64,000 nucleotides of DNA from Takakia lepidozioides (Eukaryota; Plantae; Bryophyta). The DNA lies in NCBI GenBank assembly GCA_030704615.1, contig CM060733.1, positions 67,270,001 through 67,334,000 on the forward strand. Reading direction: 5' to 3'. Each line of letters starts with the position of its first letter. The first letter of the stretch is position 1. Positions 24,423-37,551 of the stretch are shown here, piece after piece. The position numbers and the translations under genes are program-made. The notes beneath the pieces were generated by a model. It searched no databases, was not told the origin of the DNA, and saw only the letters and a program-made list of their open reading frames with translations.

Positions 24423-25149
24423 GCTTGGCTTGCGGTCCACATACAATGGTACGCCCATCCTTTTCGGATAGTAGAACTGTACTGCTGCCAGTACCTCAGA
24501 CTCTGGCCACACAAAGGTCCGACATATGTCTTGCCTACCAGTAACCTGTTTTGATCGAACTAAGATATTACTATATCGTTCACTTGTTTCCACGTGCATG
24601 TATTTTTGTATGTTGGAGGGTTCATGTTTTTCTGCTTTCCGAAAACTTGCTCTCCTCATTCGACCTCCGACAAGGAAATGCGGCGCCGAATTTCCAAGTA
24701 TCGTCGTAGGTACCCCCAGAGGCGGCCTTCGCCAACACCAAACCGCTCCGAAATTTCGCACGTGCGAACCCTAATGCGGCACCCTATTTCCCAGTTCAGT
24801 TGCAAACCTTTCCCGCCGAATACCCGAAGAAGACAGAATTGTGAAGTACTGCAGACTGTATTGGTGCAGACTCCATTGGTTCAATCGCGGCAAAAGGGTC
24901 AGCTTCATTCCAATGTTAAGGCATGTAAAACCGCGGAATACTCTATACAGGCCAGTATGCGACGTCCTTTTGCAGTGGTATACTGGATTTCCCGTTGCAC
25001 GGTCACTTATTTCCATGAGCGGATCTATAAAACCATGAGCGGACTTGTTACTGACGACATATCTTCGCCGCATTACATGATCTGGAACGTCCAAAAACGG
25101 CAAGGTCAAATAAAAAACTATTATTTTAATACTTGTTTAATCTGCCGCA

Positions 25150-25273
25150 TTTCCAAATTTGGAGGAGTCCGCTCATGAAATCCGCGTATCTTAGACTTCG
25201 GCTCACCGCTCATGCGGCTCATGCGGCTCATGGCTCATGGCTCATGGTTTCTGCTCATGAAATAGTAAACCTC
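25150..25273 (-). repeat. right TIR of C1 with GCTCATG subrepeats
   Basis: inverted counterpart of 10673-10772; near identical to C2 end 37428-37551. Confidence 0.85.
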
Positions 25274-25282
25274 CTGGGCCCT

Positions 25283-26900
25283 CATTCACAGGAGCTCTCA
25301 TCTCATTCTGGTGTCTTATCCAGAATGAACAGGCTGCCTTGCGATGTCCTGGCTGATTACAATAGTAACATAGTTCTTCACCATTGGGTCCTCGCCCTTG
25401 GTCTGCTCTTGGATTATTTCTGTAATCCTGATTCCCGGGCTGGTAATTCCCCCTTGGATTACCCTGATAGTTGCCTCTGGAATTTCCCTGATAATTTCCT
25501 CTTGAATTACCTCTCCCTTCCATGCCATTGTTATAACCACCAGACCTACCATAGTGGTCCTGATCATTGTTTCTTCTTGGCTGGGGCTGCACCTGATGCA
25601 CCCTTACTTGCCTAGGTTCTCTTGCAGCTGTCCTTCTGTTGTAGTAACAATTCTCAGTAGAATGGTTATCCATTTTACAGATAGTACAGTGTTTCTCCTT
25701 CATGTGGCATTCTGTGGTGGTATGGCCTTCATTTTGGCACTTTGCACACCATACACCCTTCCTCCAATGTGTTACAGCCTCTGTGGCATATTTCTTCAAG
25801 ATTTATTCCAATCTTTTTTCATAGTTATCCCTCTTCAACTTCTCCTTTCTCTTACTCTTCCTTTTTAGTTCTTGCTCTTCTTCTTCATCAGACTCCTCCT
25901 CAGAGTCTTCATCATCCCTTTTCTCTCTCCTGAGCATTCCCAATTGCTCAATTCTGTTTGCAGTTTCAAATGCCTCCTCCACTGTATTATGGGGTAACAT
26001 ATCCACTTTCTTTTGCAACTCTGGTCTTAGTCCACTCACAAACCAAGTCTTCTGTAAACCGGGTGCTGGTACTGCAGCCAGCTTTTTCATCATCAATTCC
26101 ATCTTTTCCATATACTCCTCAACAGTTTCATGCTTCTTTTGCTTTAACTGTTGTAAACTTCCATACACTTCATCCTCAGTTTTACTTGTCCTGAACCTAT
26201 TTCGAAATGCTGTATTCAAGCCATTCCAGGTTAGGAAATGATTATCAGGGAATCTTGCATATCATTCACTTGCTTTCTTTATAAGTGAACACGGAAACAG
26301 TCTCATCTTGGCATCATCGCCATTCTCATTGTTCACTATACACATGTGCTCAAATTGGCTAATGTGTACATCAGGATCCCCTTTTCCTGAATATATTGGA
26401 AAAGGTGGTTTTGCCCGTGTTGGTTGTAACGCCATTACCATATAACCATATGGAAAACAAGTCTGAAAAGCTGTTCTTGGTGTGAGTTTGATCCACAAAA
26501 TATCCTTTGGAATCCAATTCTTTACCAGTACAAGCTCTTCATGCATATGAGTATAAACATTCACTTTTCTTTCCTCCCAGCCTTCAAACTCTACTCGCTT
26601 AATGGATAGCAATGCTATCACATATACCAATGTTGGTAACCAACGTGCTCTTCCTCTACAGGCCACCTGATAAATCTTTATCACTCCTTTCTCCAGACCC
26701 CACTCTGGGTCAGCATCATGCACTCTCTTAAGAATGTTTTCTTTACAACCGTCCGGCAATTCCAAAAACCTCTGGAAGAATCGTTTGGACAATCTTTCCT
26801 TCTCAGTTTCACAAGGAATTTGATTCACATCAAATTCTTTAATTCTCCATCCACCATGATCCCACCAGATGCCTGTCACATCTGGTTGTTCATGACCCAG
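25283..26900 (-). pseudogene. B1 gag (capsid and CCHC knuckles), with in-frame stops
   Basis: PIYSGKGDPDVHI, LKQKKHETVEEY, CAKCQNEGH, CYYCNQPGHRKAAC; stops at 26262 and 25800. Confidence 0.9.
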
Positions 26901-26901
26901 A

Positions 26902-26919
26902 TCCCCAGTATGGTCGCCA
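26902..26919 (-). promoter_or_regulatory. primer-binding site of B1 (tRNA-Arg-like)
   Basis: TGGCGACCATACTGGGGA two nt inside the 5' LTR. Confidence 0.75.
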
Positions 26920-26921
26920 AA

Positions 26922-28035
26922 TGTCGCGCGGCTTTTACTCACCCATCCCTTCGCTATCCGAGGCGGAAACTCCAAGATAGAAGAGTTGGAAATCTCTAAG
27001 TACTCAGCCCGCTCAGAACAATCAGTCATGACCTACAGCTAGTGTATCATGGGGGTGTTTCCTATTTGTTTTCATTTCCGCATTCATGTTAGCTAGCTAC
27101 CTTACTATTGATAATTGAGTATCAGTTTGCTCATCAACTCATCCATTCATTCCACAGCTTCACTCAGATCTCTCTACACAGTGTGATTGTATCGTATAAG
27201 TATCAGATTATGATTTATCAGGTATCAGGCCGAAGCCATTGTGTCTCTAATCTCCTCTACAATATCACTACAGCTTTGCATATAACAAGCATTTACTAAT
27301 CATCTCTCCTCCTTCACCGTGCTCTCCATGCTTGCTTTCGTTCTTCCTCTCCGCCCGATCCCCTCTCATCCATGACCAAGAATCCTCCCCCTCGAGTGCT
27401 TCCAAGATTGATCCCCTTCTCAGTCCTTGCTTCTCCCTTTATCTTCCTACCCGTGGCTCTAACCGTTTCCCTCACTAACCGCCGTCCGTGAACTAACATG
27501 TTCCATTTGCAGGTGTTGTTCCCCACAGTCGTTCCCTGTCCTGCTATCCGTTCCCTATGGTCGTGACAGCTGTATCAAGCTGTGACTGGCTGTGTGAAAC
27601 TGTGACGGGCTGTGACTGGCTGTGCAACTGTGTTTGGCTGTGTCGGGCTGTGACTGGCTGTGACGACTGTGACGGGCTGTGTTGGCTGTGTCGGCTGTGA
27701 CGACTGTGACGGGCTATGTTGGCTGTGTCGGCTGTGACGGGCTGTGACGACTGTGTTGGCTGTGTTGGCTGTGTCGGCTGAGACGGGCTGTGTTGGCTGT
27801 GATAGACTGTGTTGGCTGTGATGGCTGTGTCGGCTGTGACGACTATGACGGGCTGTGTTGGCTGTGTCGGCTGTGACGACTGTGTTGGCTGTGACGAGTG
27901 TGACGGGCTGTGTAACCCCTCTTTACAGTGCGCTGTTATCACCCCTAAGGCTCCAGTTGGTCTCAGTCTGTGCAAAAATTAAGGGTACTCCTCAGATCCC
28001 GTAAAAATGTCTAAGTCCCTGGCAGTCCTCTAACA
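26922..28035 (-). repeat. 5' LTR of B1 (1114 bp; tandem array 27566-27912 is about 139 bp longer than in the 3' LTR)
   Basis: direct repeat of 1032-2006, followed by TSD TGGAG. Confidence 0.95.
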
Positions 28036-28745
28036 TGGAGCCTCTCAAGCTCCTCCCAGTGCACTCTTCTTGGACTACTTCAAGGCCAAGGAACGATCCT
28101 CCCCGAGGATCGAATCGCCTTACTGCAACAACATTGCTTACGATCGCTCATGATGCCGCTTTTGGCATCACCTTGCGCAAGGGTTCACTTTGAACCCCCT
28201 TTGACTAGGAAGATAACCTTGAACCAACCGTGCGCCCCAATCACTGCAATTGGGTCCATCTTGGAATGCTGGCCTGAGGTACGGGAACACGTCGAAGCCG
28301 CACTACGACTTCGTCCCGAGGCTACACAATTATAGTACGTGAACGGAAGCACGTAGCTTCTACGTTAGCCCGCACTACAAGGCAACCACCTCGGTAGCGC
28401 AGTTATAGTACGCGCATGCGCCAGGTGCGCACTAGCACATGAACTCCCAAAGAAGGCACATGTTTCCTTGCCCCTTGGATGGGTGTCACCCGATTTCGGC
28501 ACTGCGCAAACACACAATTAACCCAATTTACCTCTCCCACTTTTGTAAGCTAGCATGCATTCTACACACTAGCCAACCACACCATGCATCACCATTCCAA
28601 ACAAAATAGGACGCACAACATTTGGAACCCATTTCCTTTATAACAAATTTTTGTACAATACAAGTTTTTGCAATCGGATTCCTGAGCTAGCTAAGCCGGG
28701 CTAAGCATGCATTTCCTCCCCCATGCTCCAAGGTTGATGTCCCCA

Positions 28746-31015
28746 TCAACGCTTCTTCCGCTTTTGAGGTCGCCCTTCGAAAACTGCAACCGCCTCGGAT
28801 GCGTTTCTCATTTCTGAGGCACGCACCCAAGATGCCTCCATATGATGATAGCCCTTCCATTTGACGAGATATTCCGTTTCTCGGTTCTTGAACCTTCTCA
28901 ACTTAAGTACTGCCTCCACCTCGTACTCAGGTTCATTTTCATGATCCAACAGCACAGGTGGCGGACGCAACACTTGATGCCGATTCGGACGCGCTTCATC
29001 TTTGAAGTAAGGCTTCAAAAGGGAGACGTGGAATACTGGATGCACCTTGCTGTTTGCCGGCAGCTCCAATTCATACACATCCTCATTCATAACCTTCCGG
29101 ATGCGAAAGGGTCCCGCATACGAAGGTACGAACTTTGGACTCACTTCCGGAGGTAGTCGGAAATTCTTGATGTTCAACCAGACCTCCGTGCCTGCCTCAA
29201 ACTTCACTTCCCTCCGCTTTCGATTCGCCTGCCTTTCATACCGTTTCCTAGCTTTGGCAATGTTGTACTTTGCGAGCTTCAACAAACGCTCGCGTTCCTC
29301 GAGTACCGCCGCTACTGCCGGTTCCTCAACGTCTTGGGCGGCCCAACTTGTCGGCACCAGAGGTGCTTTTCCATAGACCAATACAAAAGGGGAAACTCCC
29401 GTTGCGGAGTGTTCTGTGTTATTATAACAGAACTCTGCCGCGTCTAAGTGTTCCACCCAGTCTGTTTGGTCTGCCGACACGTAATTCCGCAAGATCTGCT
29501 TCACTACGGATTCACTCTTTCCGTTTGGCCGTCAGTCGTAGGTCGGAAGGCGGTGCTCATCTTCAGCCTCGTCCCCATCTTCTTCCAAAGTGTCCTCCAA
29601 AATTTACTCGTAAACTTTGGATCGCGGTCCGAGACAATATCCTTCGGGACTCCATGATGCTTTAAGACGTGGGCGAAGTAAAGTCACCCTGTTTCCTGCG
29701 CCGTTGCCGTCTCCTTGGTGGGGATGAAATGGCCCATTTTACTGAACCTATCCACCACCACCATGATTGCATCGAATCCTTTTGACAGCGGCATAGCAGT
29801 CATGAAATCCATCGAGACGCTTTCCCAAGTCCCCTCTGGAATTGGCAAGGGTTGTAACAGCCCCGCTTGCTTTTTGTACTCGCTCCGGTTTTGTTGGCAT
29901 GTGGTGCATGTCTTGACATACTCCTCTGCCCTCAGTTTGGGCCAGAAATACTCTTTCTTCAAGAGTGCCGCAGTGCGCTTGGCTCCGCCGTGGCCCGCAA
30001 GCGGGCTATCATGGCATTCTCTCAAGAGGCTATCTCTGATCCCTCCCTTTGGCACGTAGAGATGCTTTTGCTTATACCGGAGCAGTCCATTTTGCAAGTG
30101 GAACTGCGATTTAACCCCCATCCTCAAGTCCTGCATCACGGACTTCGCCAGCTCATCATTCCGGCAAGTCTTCCGGATCTTCCTTTGGAGCGCCGTCTCG
30201 CCCCTGTACACCAACATGAGCTGCTGCTTTCTACTTTAAGCATCGGCCACCACGTTGTCCCGTCCCGGTTTGTACTGGATATCCACGTCGAACACCGCCA
30301 AAGTATCTTGCCACCTAAGTTGTTTTGGGGAGAACTTGGGCTGCGCGGCAAAATATTTCACCGCGACATTGTCCGTGAACACCTTCACTGGGTTGGAACC
30401 AACATAGTGGCGCCAAAGCTCAAGACAATGCACCACCGCCTTCATCTCTTTCTCATGCGTCGGCCACCGTCGCTCCACTTCATTCAGTTTCTTACTTTCG
30501 TAAGCCACTGGACGTCCATCTTGCATCAGTACACCCCCAATCACGAAGTCCGACGCATCTGTATGAATCCCGAACGGACGATCGAACTCCGGGATTTTCA
30601 AGACTGGAGCTTCCGCCATCCGCTACTTCAATTCAGCAAAAGCCTGGCCACAAAAGGTGTTCCATGCCCAGACTTTGGATTTACACAGAAGGTCTGACAG
30701 CGGCCCCGCGATCTTGGCGAAATTTCTCACATACTTCCGGTAGTAGGAGGCGAGTCCTAGGAAGGATCGCACTCCCGGGACCGAAGTCGGAGGCTCCCAG
30801 TCCAAGATTGCCCTCACCTTCCTGTCATCCATTCTGATCCCATCCTGTGTAATCACATGCCCCAGGAACTCCACTTTTGTGACCCCGAATTTGCACTTTG
30901 AAGCTTTGGCATACAACTTCCCTTCCCGCAATTTCTGGAACACCCTTTTGAGGTGCTCCAGGTGCTCCTCCTTTGTTTTCAAATACACCAAGATGTCGTC
31001 GATGTACACGATCAC
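28746..31015 (-). pseudogene. A1 pol remnant: RT C-half, RNase H, integrase, chromodomain (frameshifted)
   Basis: YIDD, HTDASD, ECHDSPLAGH..CTTCQ, VSMDF, YAGPF, EYEVEAVL..YLVKWKGY..ASW. Confidence 0.93.
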
Positions 31016-31671
31016 AAAGTCTTAGGTGGCTCCTCCTCCAACTTCCGCCTGGCCCATGGGGCCAATCCCGCCACAAAGTTGAAGACCATTTCTGGTTCTG
31101 CCATGTCCGCGACTTCGAGCAACAACACATTGAAAGCCTGGACATATCCCCGAATGTCATCTGTTTGCTTCAAATTCCTCATCTTGTCCCAGGCGAGCCT
31201 CTTCATCAATTCCTTGAACCCACTCCAGTTCAAGGTTTCCGGGCTTGGACCTCGGTCGTGAAGGCGTTTCTGCCACCATTGTTGAGCATAGCCCCTCAAA
31301 TAGGTGGGAGCCACTTCCACCCGATCCTCGTCACTCAACTTGGCAGCCCGGAAGTACTGCTCCAGCTCCAAGAGCCAGGTGTTGAGTGCCTTCCGATTTC
31401 GGACGCCCTTGAAGGTGTCGGGTTCCTTCGGCTTCACCTTAAACTTTGCCTTAGAGGAAGTGGCATTAGCCGCCTTCAACACATCTTTCAATGTCCCGCC
31501 AAATTGCGCCAACAACCCTTCCCAAAAGGCTGCCGGCATGGGAGGCATCTGTTGGTCGGTTGGAGCTCTCAGGGATTCCTCAAGCTCCGACTCCTCAGAT
31601 TCCTCCCGCTCTTGAGCGGCCTCGTTTTCGGAAACATGCATCGCTTCCTCAAACGGCCGCCTCAGTGACAC
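31012..31671 (-). pseudogene. A1 gag, truncated
   Basis: KPKEPDTFKG, WLLELEQYF, YLRGYAQQWW, LKQTDDIRGYV. Confidence 0.88.
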
Positions 31672-31787
31672 GTCGCCCCCATCGGGCTCACCAGGATCCT
31701 CATCTTTTGGGCCGTTCCGCTTTCACTTTGGCTTGCCCGACCCCATGATGAGGCCAATCCCAAGGACGATCGCGTACTGAACTCTAA

Positions 31788-31799
31788 GCTCTGATACCA
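31788..31799 (-). promoter_or_regulatory. primer-binding site of A1 (initiator tRNA-Met)
   Basis: TGGTATCAGAGC two nt inside the 5' LTR. Confidence 0.92.
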
Positions 31800-31801
31800 A
31801 G

Positions 31802-32528
31802 TGTCGCGCACCTCACTTCGGTAAGCTCCCCCCTCAAGTCATAGTTACTCGCTTGATGCGCGCGCCTAACTCCCAACCTGGCTGCCAGGCCAACTTGGAG
31901 CTTTGGCTGCTCACCGGGACATAACGGTCCCCCCCTTGATCTCCCAAAGAACCCTCCAACGATTTGGAACCAGCGGAATTCCCTTTGGTAGTTGGCAGTC
32001 CGGAACAGCTCCCCACTCTTTGGTCGCTTTCCGGCTCGCTCGCTTACTCACTAGCTTTTGGTCACCAACGGGCTTGCACCGTTCTCGGGGTTACTACTCC
32101 CTATATATACTTCTGTAGCTGTCCGCGGGGGTTTCACAAACAACCATGCCATTTTATGGCGAACCACCACGAACACCCTCGACTCTCGGTGATGAGTCGC
32201 GGTGAGAATTGGCCCAGCCACCACGGCCCCTATGGACCGTGATGAGTCCCAAGACTCCCCACGACTCCCACCACGAGGTCTCTGCCCCAGGGTGAGTCCT
32301 ATGCCACCCCCACTAAGTCCCGCTAAGCTACCACCACCCCTTGTAGAGCCACCCCCACCGCAACCCGGTGTGCGGGGCTCCACCTAGTGAGCGCCTCCGC
32401 CTCCTTGAGTGCCTTGGGCACTCAAGGGTGCTTCAGCCCCCCATACCTATCGCTGCCACTGCCCCCACCACAGGGGCAGCCCCTCTTGTGTCCCGACCCC
32501 CCTGTCCTCAAGGCAAAGGGCCGCGTCA
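31802..32528 (-). repeat. 5' LTR of A1
   Basis: 727-bp direct repeat of 104-830, followed by TSD CATAC. Confidence 0.95.
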
Positions 32529-33113
32529 CATACCATGCTTGCTGGATGGAATTGCGTTACCGCATTTCCGTTTTGGAGAGTATAAAGGTTTCCCCCGGAA
32601 GGAAACTCGGTGCCGCATTTCCGTCGCTCTGGTGCATGACGAAGATGCAAAACGAAAATGCGGCGCCGTATTTCCGTCCAGCAGCAATCGAAAGTATCAT
32701 TTCGGACGAAAATCTGGAACCTCATTTCCGCATGCTGAACCTGAATGGTTTGCATTGTTCCGAAACAACACAATTGCGGCCAGTCTTGATGAGCACAACT
32801 TGGTTTGTCTGACCGTTTTAACTAACAGTACTTGGCACTTGTCAGTGCGAACGTTCATGTCTGCACCGAGAATACTGCTGGATCCACCCTCAGGAGAAAC
32901 TGTCAGGAGATGTTATTTCGTCGCCGAATCGGCCATCATTGTCTAACTTACTGGCTATGGAATCACACCTTCCACCTTCATGCATGTAGCTTGAAACAAT
33001 ACTTTCCACTTCAATGTGCGACTTCCAATCGTCGATGGACTCCGCATGGTGCCTGTGAGCCTTGGTCTATCGCTATACTGAACCTCGCACTTGCCAACTT
33101 CGTGCGGTCTTCG

Positions 33114-36100
33114 ATGGCTTCGAATTCCTACGGTATAGTTTGCTGTCTTCCGCAACTTGGGAGAGCCTGGATCCCAAACAAGGGAGGACATTGCAGAGTG
33201 ACTGAAACTTACCTTTGTTCCAAATTCAAGCTCAAACCGGGCACAATTTATTTGGTAGAAGAAAGAAAGGATGTTCTTGGACATGTTGACGAGACCATTG
33301 TCGTGCTAGGTAACGACGGAGGTTGCGGAATCAAATGGCACGTACCCCCATTAGACACCATCCTGTACCGAGCTGTGGGAATGCCCATCCCCTTTCCGAA
33401 TCAGTCGTTGCCCACACCATCCACAAAGGAGTCCGGAAACCGACAGGCGGCCACTGCCAACAGAGAGGTATGCAACGATAATCATTCTTGACCTGGACCG
33501 TCAAGACCCTCCATAGCTTCTCGTGTGGACGTATTCGACATTTCCGACGATGAAGATGAGTGCATTGAGGTCCCCATGTCCTCCACACGGTCGTTCAAAT
33601 CCGAGATGGATGTCTCTGCAGGTGCTATGCATGTACCCTCGAGCATAACTCCAACCCGGTCCATTGTGCAGCTCCTACAGCAACATCACCTCGATGGTTC
33701 TCGCTCCGAGCTAGCTGCTCTCGACTATGCCAAATTTCCAGTCAGGAAGGTAACGTATCTGCCTCCCAAAGTCGATGGCAATGTCATCTTCGAGTTTCCA
33801 CTTGTTACTTCCTCAAACAAAGCCTCAGGGATGTTAACAGACTTGGATCGAAAGCATGACGGACACCCCTGGTGTGTGACGAAGACCAGTAGCACGAAAA
33901 TTGCTGATGGTGTTCGTGTACGATACGTCCTCTGTGCGGGGAAGCTGAGGTGCCTCAATCCCGCCTGCTTCCACTTTCTTTCCAAAGGAGGGCGGAGAAA
34001 CGAGACGGATTGGACTGGCACAACGCATCATCCATTCATTGTCTCCAGCCAAGCTCCTGCAGGTACTTTCAAGTGCGCACATTGCAAAGAACCACCGACG
34101 TGCATGTCCATGTGCAGAGCCAAGCAATATTACGTTATCCATTTGCTCCCGGACTTGACTAGAGCTTGCATACACGTTGGGGTCCACTGCCACCCCTTGG
34201 CGAGAGGCAACATGCGTGAGGCTGTGCAGGAAACACACGACATCATAAAAGAGGAGGTGAAATTGAGCCCCAGAGCCAGACCAAAGCAGATTCAGCTGAA
34301 GGCAGCCCACAAGATTGCTCTTGGCAAAATCATGTCTGAAGATGGTTCAGACCGAGTGCCCTTGAACGAAGAGGAGATGCTTGACCTGTTGGAGTCCGTC
34401 TCGCACGTTTGTAGTCCGAATGTGCGGAATCACATCGTATCTTGCAAGCAGGAGTTCGGCCGGGGGTCGGACATGCACTCAATCCTGGAGGTGAAACGAA
34501 TGACTGGATATGACTACATCCAAGGTAGCAGGTTTCCAGGGCAAGGCAACGAATCCGATCGTTGTTACATTTTTAAAATGTCGACGTGTGGGCCTGGGAG
34601 TGGAGTCGACTTGGTCACTCGCATGACAACTGGAAACTTGTCGAATGCTTGGGTGATGTTTGATCACATCAAGCGAATTACAAACCATCAGTGGGTGACT
34701 ATGGGTGCGCATGTTTATGACTATCACTCCAAGAGGCTCATGACGATTGCAATCTGTGAGATGAAAGGGGAGGACACACAGTCGGAGATGCATCTGTGGG
34801 AGGGCATAAACGAGCAGATGGCAAGGGCGGGATTGCCAAAGCCCAATTTTAGGGGATTCATGGCAGACAACGCTCAGGCCAACTGGGCAGCGGTGCGGCG
34901 TGTGTACGATGAGGACCCCAATGTTCCAATGGAGGGGAAAGAGAGATCCTGTGGATTCCATTGGATGCAGAGTCTATCTCACTACACTACCAAATTTGTT
35001 GCTAGCTCATTCCAGGCTGAACACCGTGTCCTTTGTATGGCGTGGAAGGATGCACCCACATTTGATGACGCGGAGGTAAAGTTTGCTATCATCGAGGCTT
35101 GGTGGAACACGTCAGGTGCAATGGAGACAACCAATCTGGGAGCCTTGCATAGCTGGTTGGGGTGGTGGCATTTCCGGTATCGACAGTTCGGACAGTACAT
35201 GCGGGAGGTATGATGCTGTCATTTTCGTGCAATTGTCTTTCTATTACGAACCTTTCCATTGGTTCCTCACCATTGTTTGTGTCCTTGTAGGAGCGGTGCT
35301 TGGATTCCGACACGGACATGCCAAACACGAATATGGCAGAATCAGTGCACTCCTCCTGGCGAGCGTCTTCTGCCGCACATCTGGTGGACGTAGTGACGGC
35401 CACAACGGAGGACATCAACAGAGCAATCATGCAGCAAGCCACGTACTACAAGTTCCTGAGCGGGAAACAATGGGGCTTTGGGCCGGACAGGGAGGAATTG
35501 TTGGTGCGAACAGCTTCGAGGTCGAAGAATCCACTGAAATGGGCGACAGCATTGCGAGAGAAGATCAAAGGGACGCCTCTGCACCGCAGAGGTGAGCACC
35601 TAGAGGAGGACGTCCGTACTCGCCCTGTGAGGCGGAGGATTGAAGAGGAACCCGGGTGCGAAGAGGATTCCTGGAGATCCGACAGGAACATTCGAACAGC
35701 ACCTCGAGGGCCTGTCATGTTGCCGCACAATGTGTCTTCCAGCAGTGGAAGCCCTCGCAATTCCAGATCGCCATCGCCTTCAAGCGGGGATTCTGTGCGA
35801 GAAATTCCCACCGCTCGCTTGCCCCAGATTCCGCCCGCTGTTTTGCAATATGGCCAAGCCATTGTGGAGACGACTGTGTCTGCGTCACAGTGGAGAATTG
35901 CTCGCACAAAGCCGTCGTTTCGAGGCAGGTGTTCCGCAATTCGAGTGGATACACGACAACGTTGTTTAGAGATGATAAGGAGGAATCCAGATGGTGCTGT
36001 CCCTGCTCCTACTTTTACAGGAAGATTTGCCCATGCAAAGTTTGCGGAGGCGACAACCACCCAGTTCTGGTTCTGCACGCACGACATTATGACTTGCGTG

Positions 36101-36721
36101 TATGGAAAGCCCAAGTACGGCATACAAACAATGCCAGAGGCTCCCCCGGTGTGGCCAGTGGAACCAGGTTGCGATCTGAGTCAGGTTGAGGCCGACGCCC
36201 TTACCGCCGCAGGATTTCGGATGGTGCAGAGCACTGACATCCCCAGACAACCATTTTCGCTTCCACGGCCTCCACCACCGACCCCTATGAGAGCAAGAAC
36301 AATGGGACCCGACAACTCTAAGCATCCTATACACCGTTGGGGGAAACCGAAGAGGCGGCGACCTCCCTCAAAAGTGAACGAGACAAGGATGGGGAATGCA
36401 CTTCGGATGAATTGTACAATCCAGAGCTCAACAGAAGTGCCCCCACTAGGCTTCGGGCGTGTGTATCAGATGGCCACGGCAGGCTCAGCTATTCGCAATG
36501 AGGTGTACACCATCACCATTTCAGAATTACCCACCTGCAATTGCACCGACTTCCAGATCATGGCGAACAAGGGGGCATCATACCGCCCTTGCAAGCATTT
36601 GTACTACGTGTACCTAAAGAGACTCCGGTGTAATTCCACAACTCATCACTTCATACATGCACCAGGGTTGAGCCCCCAAGAGGTGCACACTCTTCTGAAT
36701 ATGGATCCAAGGGACCAGTGA
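33114..36721 (+). pseudogene. C2 transposase with premature stop
   Basis: close paralogue of 20815-24422; CGA>TGA at 33489-33491; same 83-nt intron at 35208-35290. Confidence 0.9.
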
Positions 36722-37551
36722 CCTTGGCTTGCGGTCCCAACACTATGGTACGCCCATCCTTTTTGGATAGTAGAACTGTACTGCTGCAAGTAGCTCTGAC
36801 TCTGGCCACAGAAAGGTCCGACTTATGTTTTGCCTACCAGTAACCTGTTTTTCTCGAACTAAGATAATACCATGTCATTCACTCGTGTTTCCACGTGCAT
36901 GTATTTTTGTGTGTTGGAGGGTTCCTGTTTTTCTGCTCTCCCAAACTTTGCTTTCCTCATTCGACCCCCGGCAAGGAAATGCAGCGCCGCATTTCCAAGT
37001 AACGTCGTAGGTACTGGTAGATGCGGCATTCACCAACACCAAACTGCCCAGAAAGTTTGCACTTGCGAACCCTAATGCGGCACCGCATTTCCTAGTTGAG
37101 TCGCAAAACTTTCCCACCGAATACTAGAAGATGACAGAATTGTGCAGACTCTATTGGTTCAGTCGCGGCAAAAGGGTCAGCTTCATTCCAATGTTAAGGC
37201 ATGTAAAACCGCGGAATACTCTATACAGGCCAGTATGCGACATCCTTTTGCCATGGTATAGTGGATTTCTCGTTGCACGGTCACTCATTTCCATGAGTGG
37301 ATCTAAAAAACCATGAGCGGAGTTGTTACTGACGACATATCTTCGCCGCATTACAGGATCTGTAACTTCCAAAAACAGCGAGGTCAAATATAAAACTATT
37401 GTTTTAATACTTGTTTAATCTGCCGCATTTCCAAATTTGGAGGAGTCCGCTCATGAAATCCGCGTGTCTTAGACTTCGGCTCACCGCTCATGCGGCTCAT
37501 GTGGCTCATGGCTCATGGCTCATGGTTTCTGCTCATGAAATAGTAAACCTC

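Larger units (their letters stand above)
10673..25273 (+). mobile_element. MULE/Mutator-like DNA transposon C1, complete, 14.6 kb
   Basis: 9-bp TSD CTGGGCCCT (10664-10672, 25274-25282); imperfect TIRs GGGGGCTGCTATTTCATGAGC / GAGGTTTACTATTTCATGAGC; DDE-SWIM transposase. Confidence 0.95.
1032..28035 (-). mobile_element. Ty3/Gypsy non-chromovirus (Athila/Tat-related) LTR retrotransposon B1 with two extra 3' ORFs; interrupted by C1
   Basis: LTRs 1032-2006 and 26922-28035, TSD TGGAG at 1027-1031 and 28036-28040, PBS, PPT, gag-PR-RT-RH-IN order; empty site seen in A2 near 37600-37620. Confidence 0.96.
104..32528 (-). mobile_element. Ty3/Gypsy chromovirus LTR retrotransposon A1 (non-autonomous; contains B1 and C1)
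   Basis: 727-bp LTRs 104-830 and 31802-32528 (TG...CA), TSD CATAC at 99-103 and 32529-32533, Met-type PBS, PPT, gag, RT/RH/IN remnants and chromodomain; empty site CCTTCACATACCGTGC visible in C1 near 20233-20248. Confidence 0.96.
1..37551 (+). mobile_element. MULE/Mutator-like DNA transposon, family C, copy C2 (left part outside window; own sequence 1-103 and 32534-37551, interrupted by A1)
   Basis: 1-103 joined to 32534-37551 is colinear with C1 20141-25273; ends in the same TIR ...GCTCATGAAATAGTAAACCTC at 37551, followed by A-family 3' UTR sequence (putative TSD TTCCTTGGC, left copy not in window). Confidence 0.9.

Noticed and set aside
32529-37551. Assembly artefact or segmental duplication of 20240-25273
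   Set aside because: Many substitutions and indels and different flanks; explained as two insertions of family C
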